Shown: piece after piece, positions 9,877-16,868 of the stretch
How positions within the stretch are numbered: position 1 is the stretch's first letter
Layout of the letters: each line of letters begins with the position of its first letter
Assembly (NCBI GenBank): GCA_965219535.1
Contig: CBDCNV010000001.1
Span: 300,001-332,000 of the forward strand
Direction: 5' to 3'
From: Opitutales bacterium
Lineage (GTDB): Bacteria > Verrucomicrobiota > Verrucomicrobiia > Opitutales > PNEW01
Length of the DNA stretch: 32,000 bases
The notes under the pieces: model-generated
Told to the model about the DNA's origin: nothing
The model's input: the letters and a program-made list of their open reading frames with translations, nothing else
Database searches by the model: none
Program-made: the position numbers and the translations under genes

Positions 9877-10293
9877 TCAGTCTTCGTCTACCCAATGAAA
9901 ACAGATGGGTTTATCGATATCGGGGTTCAGGCTGTAATGGACGGGGCAAGTCTCAGCAGCATGAATTAAAGCAGCTTTATGTTCCTCCGTCAGCTTACCG
10001 GGGACCCAGAACTCGACCGGCAGACGCATGATGCGTCTCGGTTTATCGCTGGTCATCTCTTTAGTCACTTCAACCTTCATCCCTTTCAGGTCGACCCCAA
10101 TTTTTTCAGCCTGAATCCCCATAATTGTCGCCATGCAGGTTGCGAATGCGGTGGCGCAGAGATCAGTTGGGGAAAAGCTTTCACCACGCCCATTATTATC
10201 AACCGGGGCATCGGTATTGAGCTGGGATCCCGATGGTCCATGAATCACCTGACAATGCAATTGACCCTCGTATTCTGCAGTAATTTTAACCAT
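9877..10293 (-). CDS. OsmC/Ohr-family protein (putative peroxiredoxin-type redox protein)
   Basis: 138 aa. It has the typical OsmC-family size and the two conserved Cys contexts (SPTDLCATAFATC and AETCPV). Confidence 0.85.
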   Translation of the reverse strand: MVKITAEYEGQLHCQVIHGPSGSQLNTDAPVDNNGRGESFSPTDLCATAFATCMATIMGIQAEKIGVDLKGMKVEVTKEMTSDKPRRIMRLPVEFWVPGKLTEEHKAALIHAAETCPVHYSLNPDIDKPICFHWVDED

Positions 10294-10500
10294 GAATAGA
10301 TTTGAATAAAAACAGCCTGGGCTTTCAATGCTATAACAGCGATTATTAATATTCGCGATCGCAGAATTTTTTTGAGCCCGGGAACGAGTGGAAATAAGCG
10401 CAGTTATGACGAACCGATAATAGTGCCCTGGGTTCAGGCCAGGATCTCATGTATTGATTATCTGAAAAAAAATCTTTGAACTTGGGATCGGATTTTGACT

Positions 10501-11736
10501 ATGAGTTTCACCAAAAAAATTAATGTGAAAATATTTTCAAAAAAAATGCGATCATCGCTCCCATCATTTATTCTCTCTGCCTGTCTGCTCAGCATTCAAA
10601 TAGTAAGTGGACTAAGCTTAAATGCAGCCTCTGAAGAAGAACGATCAGCGCGCCACGTGCAACGCGCGAACGAGTTGCGGGATATGGGTGATATCCAAGG
10701 GGCATTATTAGATTACAACGAAGCGATCCGCCTGGATGCTTTAAATGCAGAAGCGTTCCTCAATCGCGGCATTACACGGCAGAAGATGAAGCAGCTCGAT
10801 ACGGCAAGCGATGATTATACGATCGCCATTAAAATTGATCCCACATTGTCAGACGCCTATATTCGGCGGGGGCTTGTGAGCGTGGATAAGAGTGATTCCG
10901 AAGGAGCTATCGCCGACTTTTCTGAGGCCATACGGGTCGACCCTGAAAATTCTAAGGCCTACGCTTTGAGGGCACAGACAAAATTCGATGAAAAGGATTA
11001 TGCCGGGGCAATCGCAGATTACACAGCGACGATCACTTTGAATCCGGATAACCCTAATTACCTCTGTGAGCGAGGAAAAGCGAAGATGAAACAAGGGGAG
11101 TTAGATGAAGCCTTGATAGATTATTCTTTAGCGGTCGAGCGGTTTCCCGGTTACGCACGCGCCTATTACCTGCGTGGAACTCTCTTTATTGAAATGGACG
11201 AACTGACGAAAGCGATGAAAGAATTTGACAAGGCGGTAAAAGCATCGAACGGATCGAATGGAGCGCTGCTAATGCGAGGGTTTATCTCCTATGCTCAGGG
11301 GAAATCAAAAAAAGCGCTGAATGACATGCGCGTGAGTCAGAAGACGGAGCTTAAACAAGAAGCGCGAAATTATACGCAACTATGGCTCTGGTTAGCGGAA
11401 ACACAATTAGGGCAGCCGAGCTTAGCAGAAACGGAATTGAAAAATTATTTTCATCACCGATCAAGTAATGAGGAAGACTTTGATCCCTGGTATAAAGCTT
11501 TAGTACATTTTTTTCTCGGTGATATTGACGAAGATTCTCTGCTCGCAAAAGCAAATGAGGGAGACGACGAAGAGAAAATAGCAGGCCAGCGTTGTGAAGC
11601 CTATTTTTATGCCGCACAACTTCGCCAGTTGCGTGGTGATAGAAGCGGATCAATTCCATTGCTCGAACAGAGTGTAGCTTCTGGAATGACGGACTTTTAT
11701 GAATACAAAGGAGCGAAAGTACAGCTAAGTAATTAA
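10501..11736 (+). CDS. Exported TPR-repeat protein, NlpI-like C-terminal half
   Basis: About 410 aa. N-terminal signal-like region (KKMRSSLPSFILSACLLSIQIVSGLSLNAAS) with either a lipobox-like LSAC or Sec cleavage after LNA. It contains about 6 consecutive TPR units (recurring A..Y..AI..DP). The start is ambiguous (TTG 10495, ATG 10501, ATG 10546). Confidence 0.75.
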   Translation: MSFTKKINVKIFSKKMRSSLPSFILSACLLSIQIVSGLSLNAASEEERSARHVQRANELRDMGDIQGALLDYNEAIRLDALNAEAFLNRGITRQKMKQLDTASDDYTIAIKIDPTLSDAYIRRGLVSVDKSDSEGAIADFSEAIRVDPENSKAYALRAQTKFDEKDYAGAIADYTATITLNPDNPNYLCERGKAKMKQGELDEALIDYSLAVERFPGYARAYYLRGTLFIEMDELTKAMKEFDKAVKASNGSNGALLMRGFISYAQGKSKKALNDMRVSQKTELKQEARNYTQLWLWLAETQLGQPSLAETELKNYFHHRSSNEEDFDPWYKALVHFFLGDIDEDSLLAKANEGDDEEKIAGQRCEAYFYAAQLRQLRGDRSGSIPLLEQSVASGMTDFYEYKGAKVQLSN

Positions 11737-11911
11737 GCGCTTATTCAAGGTTAAATTAGCGACAGAATAGAATAGCGCGATTATTTCATTTTAAACCTGC
11801 GGTTCCTGAGATAGAGAAATTATGATTAAATCTGCACTATAAATGCATTATTGTATTCTCCTTGCCGTTGCACTTGAGTTTTTTATTTAAAAACATAGTA
11901 TTGGAACTCGC

Positions 11912-13618
11912 GTGAAAAAAAATAATGATGCAGATGAATCCTTGCCTGAGGATGATGCTCACTTAGGTCAAGACGAGGAATTCGATGAGGATTCAATTGA
12001 AGAGGAGAATCCCTTCAGTCTCTCTGCGTTACAACTTTTCGACCGTATCGCAAAAAGTCCACTTCTTCAATCAAGTGACTGGATTGAATTTAAGTTACTT
12101 CGCGATCGCATTGAAGAGATGGAGGAGATCCAGGACCAGGCGCGCAACGCGGTCGAGCAATTAAGTGAAGCCGTCGATAAACTGCGCGCACCGGCACTAC
12201 GCCTTGGGACCCTTATTCAACGAGTTGGGCATGACCGCGCCATGGTCTGCGCAAATGGGACCGATTACTTGTGTAATGTAGATCCTTCACTGCCTGACGC
12301 GGTTCTTGAAACTGGTATGAGAGTCCTCCTTAATGAAGCTTTTGCGATAACTGATTCTTTCGGTCTGGACAAAAGTGGTCCCATTGTCCGCATTCAGGAA
12401 TTGATGAGTGACGGACGTATCCGCGTGGGTTCAGAACATGGTCTGTCGGATACCACGGCCATCCGATCCAGCCTGCTCAATAAAGAGAAATTAAAAATCG
12501 GTATGGATGTGAGACTCGATCCGAATCAAAAGGTGGTGGTGGAAATTATTGGGCAGGCGAATAGAATCGAACGCAGTCTCGCCACCGTAGAACCGGTGCC
12601 CTGGGAAGCTGTCGGTGGCCAGGAGGAAGCGATTGAGGCCATACGCGACTCTATTGAATTACCTTTTTTACACGCTCATCTCTATAAGCAATATAACCAC
12701 CCGGCTCCCAAGGGGTTCCTTCTTCATGGTCCGCCCGGATGCGGGAAGACGTTGATGGGTAAAGCGACCGCCCACAATTTGAGACAGCAGGTACTGGCGC
12801 ACAGTGGTGAAAACCGAGCGGAATTTTTTTTACAAGTCAAAGGCCCGGAGATTCTTAATATGTGGCTTGGTGAATCAGAACGTCAGGTCCGCGATCTCTT
12901 TGCACAGTGTCGTGAAAAAGCTTCTGAAGGTCAGCTCGCTTTTCTGTTTATCGATGAGGCAGAATCGATTTTAGGCACGCGCGGTGCATTTCGGTCAGGT
13001 AACAGTATTGTATCCACACTTGTTCCGATGTTTTGCGCGGAAATGGATGGGATTGAGGCATTGAAAAATGTGGTAGTCATCCTGGCATCGAATCGTGCCG
13101 ATCTTATCGATCCCGCGATATTGCGGCCCGGACGTATTGATCGAAAGATTGGGGTTAAGCGTCCTAACAGCGAGGCGGCACGTGATATTTATGGAATTTA
13201 TCTCAATGAAGCGCTGCCTCTGGCCGAGCCGCGTGACAAGCTTATCGATGGAATTGTAAGCACACATTATGCGAAGAGCGAATCCAACCGATTTCTTGAA
13301 GTTACCTATCGCAGCGGCAAACGAGAGCATCTTTATCGCGGTGATCTTTCAAGCGGCGCGGTGATAGCAGCCATCGTCGAACGGGCCAAGGGCATTGCGA
13401 TTAAAAGAACGATAAAAGAAGGAAAAGACACGCCTTCGCCAATTACATCCGAGGACCTTCAACAAGCCTTCGATAAAGAATATCAGGAAAATGAATTATT
13501 TCCTCCCACTGATATGACGGAAGACTGGCTTAAATTAACGGATTTTGACCCTTCTAATATTGTCAGTCTCAATCCGTATCGGAAAAAAACGCGAGAAAGT
13601 CACGGCTCGTCAGTATAG
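11912..13618 (+). CDS. mpa: Proteasome-associated AAA+ ATPase (Mpa/ARC homologue)
   Basis: 568 aa with a GTG start. Walker A GPPGCGKTL, Walker B FLFIDEAES, and ASNRADLIDPAILRPGRIDRKI. A coiled-coil-like segment (IEEMEEIQDQARNAVEQLSEAVDKLRA) is followed by an OB-like region. The AAA module is collinear, block by block, with my memory of M. tuberculosis Mpa (KGPE.LN...GE.ER..R..F...REKASEG). Confidence 0.9.
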   Translation: MKKNNDADESLPEDDAHLGQDEEFDEDSIEEENPFSLSALQLFDRIAKSPLLQSSDWIEFKLLRDRIEEMEEIQDQARNAVEQLSEAVDKLRAPALRLGTLIQRVGHDRAMVCANGTDYLCNVDPSLPDAVLETGMRVLLNEAFAITDSFGLDKSGPIVRIQELMSDGRIRVGSEHGLSDTTAIRSSLLNKEKLKIGMDVRLDPNQKVVVEIIGQANRIERSLATVEPVPWEAVGGQEEAIEAIRDSIELPFLHAHLYKQYNHPAPKGFLLHGPPGCGKTLMGKATAHNLRQQVLAHSGENRAEFFLQVKGPEILNMWLGESERQVRDLFAQCREKASEGQLAFLFIDEAESILGTRGAFRSGNSIVSTLVPMFCAEMDGIEALKNVVVILASNRADLIDPAILRPGRIDRKIGVKRPNSEAARDIYGIYLNEALPLAEPRDKLIDGIVSTHYAKSESNRFLEVTYRSGKREHLYRGDLSSGAVIAAIVERAKGIAIKRTIKEGKDTPSPITSEDLQQAFDKEYQENELFPPTDMTEDWLKLTDFDPSNIVSLNPYRKKTRESHGSSV

Positions 13619-13636
13619 AATTGGCGCTGAACGTAT

Positions 13637-15160
13637 ATGGCGGATATACACTTCGGTCTGGAAACAGAATTCGGCATAACGCGTCAGAACGCTGAGGGAA
13701 TCGATGTCGTTGCCGAGTCGATCGCTCTCGTTAAAAGCGCGAAGGCATCCGGTATCCGATTGCGATGGGATTACCATTATGAAGATCCCCATCAAGACGC
13801 GCGAGGATTTCGGGTAAAAGAACTAAAGCAGGATTTTGATGAAGCAAACTACTTCGCCCAGGATGCCGCGCGAACCTTAACCTTAGGAGAAATTAAGAGC
13901 GATTTGGTCTTAATCAACGGCGCGCGGTTTTATAATGATCACGCTCACCCGGAATATTGTACGCCTGAGTGCCGCTCGCTGTTACAACTGGTCCAGCAGG
14001 ATTACATCGGCGATCAATTGCTCATGAACTGTGCAAAGGCGATAAATAAAAAAACGGACAATCCCGTTATGCTCTATAAAAATAATACCGATTTTCAGGG
14101 CCATAGCTATGGTTGTCATGAGAATTATTTAATCCCGCGCGAATTACCCTGGGAAACACTCGCCCAGGGGATCCAGGCATTTTTTGTCACGCGGCAGCTA
14201 TTTTGCGGGGCCGGTAAATACGGTTGGGAAAGCGAGGATAAGTACCTGCAGTCAGGCTTTCAAATCAGTCAGCGCAGCGACTTTTTTTCCGAACTGCAAA
14301 GCGTGGATACGATGCAGCGGCGGCCGATTGTTAACACGCGAGATGAGCCCCATGCAGATGAAGATAAATGGCGCCGCTTTCACGTGATTATCGGTGATGC
14401 CAATCTATCGCCTTATGCGACCTGGTTAAAAGTCGGCACGACTGCCTTAGTTATCAATTGTTTAATAAACGGGGTCAAATCTGATGAGATCCCGCAACTC
14501 GATGATCCTCTTCATGCGTTAAAGTCTATATCGCGCGATCCTTATTGGAAATGGATCGTACGAACAGCCGATGGAAGAACGAGTAATGCGATTGAGGTCC
14601 AACGCCGTTATCTGGAACTGGCGCGTCGATATGGTGATAATATGCAGGGGGAATGGCAGCTGATCTTTGAGGCCTGGGAGAAAATCCTCGATGATTTAGA
14701 GAATAATCCGATCTCTACTGCGGATCGGCTCGATTGGGCGGCAAAATATAAACTTATCGAATCTTTTCGCGAAACGGAAAAAATCAGTGATGATTCTGCG
14801 TGGCTGCGAAGTTTGGATCTCGAATACCATCGGCTCGATCAAAATGAAGGACTTTATTACGCCTTACTCGAGCAAGGCACCCTCTCGTTGCCTTATGCGG
14901 CCGAAGAATTTATGGTTGATACGATAATTTCACCCCGAGACACCCGTGCGGCGATAAGAGGCGCCTGTATTGAAAAGTTCGGTTCACGCATAATAAGTGC
15001 ACAATGGGACTGTGTCCGGATCGAAGGGGATGTAAAAAAGATTGAACTTAATTTGCGTGATCTATTTGATGTAGGTATTATTAATCAAGGAATAAAGCTA
15101 ATTAAATTAGCAAGCAAAGCTGAAGATTTGGAGCAGCTGCCGTTTGCGAGTGTTATTTAA
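13637..15160 (+). CDS. dop: Dop-like deamidase/depupylase (Pup-ligase superfamily, long paralogue)
   Basis: 507 aa. Motifs GLETEFG, RWDYHYEDPHQDARGF (Dop-loop region), NGARFYNDHAHPEYCTPEC, YGCHENY, GFQISQRSDF, VNTRDEPHAD..WRRFHVIIGDANL and LDWAAKYKL. It sits between the ATPase and the tag gene, as dop does in actinobacteria. Confidence 0.85.
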   Translation: MADIHFGLETEFGITRQNAEGIDVVAESIALVKSAKASGIRLRWDYHYEDPHQDARGFRVKELKQDFDEANYFAQDAARTLTLGEIKSDLVLINGARFYNDHAHPEYCTPECRSLLQLVQQDYIGDQLLMNCAKAINKKTDNPVMLYKNNTDFQGHSYGCHENYLIPRELPWETLAQGIQAFFVTRQLFCGAGKYGWESEDKYLQSGFQISQRSDFFSELQSVDTMQRRPIVNTRDEPHADEDKWRRFHVIIGDANLSPYATWLKVGTTALVINCLINGVKSDEIPQLDDPLHALKSISRDPYWKWIVRTADGRTSNAIEVQRRYLELARRYGDNMQGEWQLIFEAWEKILDDLENNPISTADRLDWAAKYKLIESFRETEKISDDSAWLRSLDLEYHRLDQNEGLYYALLEQGTLSLPYAAEEFMVDTIISPRDTRAAIRGACIEKFGSRIISAQWDCVRIEGDVKKIELNLRDLFDVGIINQGIKLIKLASKAEDLEQLPFASVI

Positions 15161-15177
15161 GCGACAAGACTTATATT

Positions 15178-15354
15178 ATGCCAGATCCCACGAGAAAAGT
15201 TAAACCGATGAATCCAGCACCTGGCGGGGGCGGCGATGGCGAGGGGCCCAAGGAACCGAAGGTCAAAAAACCGAACACCGATGACCTGCTGAAACGAATG
15301 AAAAAGGTTGATCCTGACCAGGCAAAACGCTACCGCCAGCGTACCGGTCAATAG
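15178..15354 (+). CDS. Small ubiquitin-like modifier of the Pup/UBact type (58 aa, C-terminus ...YRQRTGQ)
   Basis: ATG at 15178 to TAG at 15352-15354. Translation: MPDPTRKVKPMNPAPGGGGDGEGPKEPKVKKPNTDDLLKRMKKVDPDQAKRYRQRTGQ. It is below the 60-aa cut-off of the ORF track. It occupies the pup position between dop and prcB, has a Gly/Pro-rich N-half and ends in Gly-Gln. Confidence 0.8.
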   Translation: MPDPTRKVKPMNPAPGGGGDGEGPKEPKVKKPNTDDLLKRMKKVDPDQAKRYRQRTGQ

Positions 15355-15357
15355 TCA

Positions 15358-16137
15358 TTGCTGATAATGAGTGATCCCCGCGCAATGAACGGTGACTTTT
15401 TATCTTTGTTGCCCAAGCATCCATTTCCTCATCTCGAACAGTTGAGTAATCAGACGTCGACCCTTGAAGCGACCACCGTATTTGCTTTTCACTGCAAGGA
15501 GGGTGTTCTTTTCGCGGGGGATCATCGCGCGACAAGTGGGAATGTCATTTTTTCTGACAGCACGGAGAAAATTCTTGAACTTGATGAGCGATCGATCATG
15601 GCAATCGCGGGATCACCGGCGATCGCCATAGAAATGGCTAGAACCTTGCGCACGGCATTTGAATTTTACCGCCGCAGCCAGTTGCAACCGATGAGCCTGG
15701 CCGCTAAAGTGCGCGCGCTTTCCCGTCTTCTGCGTGATAATCTTCCGGTAACCCTTCAAGGTGTGGGAGCGGTTGCGCCCCTCTTTGCCGGACAGGACAG
15801 TACGGGAGATAAAGCAATTCCGACTATTTACTTTTACGATCCGCTGGGTGCGAATTTTGAAGCGGCTAACTATGCCGCTTCAGGATCTGGCTCCGGTCAT
15901 ATCAAGAGTGTGCTCAGCTATCTGGAAAATTGGGGAAACCCTAAACCCGCGGATATGGATCTGCCGGTATCCGTCAATCTGGCCAATCGATTGCTGATGA
16001 CCGCCGCTGAATTTGACGCAGCGACCGGTGGAGTGAAGCCCGAGACTAAATCATTTGCGACGATTAAACTGCTTTCCAAAAACGGTGTGCGCTCTCTCGA
16101 TGCGAACGAACAGATGAAATACTGGAAGGCGAACTGA
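15358..16137 (+). CDS. prcB: 20S proteasome beta subunit with propeptide
   Basis: 259 aa from TTG 15358; ATG 15367 is the more likely start. Aligned by eye to Mtb PrcB, TTVFAFHCKEGVLFAGDHRATSG...EK supplies Thr1 (15472), Asp17 and Lys33. The stop lies 2 nt before the prcA ATG. Confidence 0.9.
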   Translation: MLIMSDPRAMNGDFLSLLPKHPFPHLEQLSNQTSTLEATTVFAFHCKEGVLFAGDHRATSGNVIFSDSTEKILELDERSIMAIAGSPAIAIEMARTLRTAFEFYRRSQLQPMSLAAKVRALSRLLRDNLPVTLQGVGAVAPLFAGQDSTGDKAIPTIYFYDPLGANFEAANYAASGSGSGHIKSVLSYLENWGNPKPADMDLPVSVNLANRLLMTAAEFDAATGGVKPETKSFATIKLLSKNGVRSLDANEQMKYWKAN

Positions 16138-16139
16138 TC

Positions 16140-16859
16140 ATGCATGAAGAACCCTATCGCTGGCTCGAAGCGATTCAGAATCGTCGTGAATATATCGTCG
16201 ATCAAATCAAGGAGGGCACGCCGGTATTTGCTCTTTCTCGACCGGAAGGGGTACTTTTATTAGGCGTTGGGAGTGGACAGTCTAAAATTTTTGAAATTTT
16301 TGACCGGCATGGTTTAGCAGCGCTCGGCAATCCAGTCGATATTGAAAAGCTCAGGCAGACGGCGATTGAGGCGGCACATACCGAGGGGTTTAACCGCTCT
16401 TCAGATGATGTAACCTTGCGCCGCCTCGTAAGCTTTTCTCTAAGCCCGGCACTGAAAAACAGTTTTGAGCAGATATTTTCACCCCCCAATATGGTCGAAT
16501 CCATTCTTGCTGAAGTGGGACCAACGCCGAGCAAAGACGCGATCGTACGTTTGCGATTTGACGGTAATCATGAATATTCCTCATCCGGTATCGCCGTTGC
16601 CAGTCCCGTCTGGGGAACCGAGTCTATTGCCGCGGAGTGGTTGCGGGAGACGATAAATAAAGGTGATAAATTAGGGGATGTAATTTCTCTCTGTCTGACT
16701 GCATGGAAAGCGTTAAATGACGACAATCTTAATGATGGATTAAAAGTGCCAAAGAAAAAGGTTCTGAACATACCCGGAAAAACTGTTGAAGCTGTCCTTC
16801 TGGACCGCAAGCCCAAGGGTAATGTCCACTATCGATCTTTGGATACATCAGATCTATAA
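16140..16859 (+). CDS. prcA: 20S proteasome alpha subunit
   Basis: 239 aa. The N-terminal segment (EEPYRWLEAIQNRREYIVDQIKEGTPVFAL) parallels bacterial PrcA (..[22 protein letters not shown]..). It lacks a Thr1 active site and sits directly after prcB. Confidence 0.85.
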   Translation: MHEEPYRWLEAIQNRREYIVDQIKEGTPVFALSRPEGVLLLGVGSGQSKIFEIFDRHGLAALGNPVDIEKLRQTAIEAAHTEGFNRSSDDVTLRRLVSFSLSPALKNSFEQIFSPPNMVESILAEVGPTPSKDAIVRLRFDGNHEYSSSGIAVASPVWGTESIAAEWLRETINKGDKLGDVISLCLTAWKALNDDNLNDGLKVPKKKVLNIPGKTVEAVLLDRKPKGNVHYRSLDTSDL

Positions 16860-16868
16860 CCCAATCGC

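Noticed and set aside
10341-10362. The near-palindrome GATTATTAATATTC, adjacent to GCGATCGC, 48-61 nt upstream of osmC, considered as a PerR/Fur box. I also noticed GCGATCGC (a HIP1-type 8-mer) at least four times in the window: here and inside the addA-like, mpa and prcB genes.
   Set aside because: The AT-rich palindrome does not fit the 7-1-7 pattern found upstream of the regulator gene. The GCGATCGC count was made by eye, and its significance cannot be judged without genome-wide k-mer statistics.
12824-12831. A T8 homopolymer inside the mpa-like gene, considered as a possible slipped-strand phase-variation tract.
   Set aside because: It simply encodes Phe-Phe-Leu in a conserved AAA block (EFFLQVKGPE). 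The tract is short and the frame is intact, so there is no evidence of variation.
15157-15351. A 64-aa minus-strand ORF from the ORF track, lying exactly antisense to the tag gene. A 90-aa minus-strand ORF at 15263-15535 is in the same position.
   Set aside because: It lies antisense within a tightly coupled plus-strand operon and has no recognisable motif. The plus-strand 58-aa reading frame gives a Pup/UBact-like protein in the syntenic position. The antisense ORFs are most likely by-products of that coding frame.
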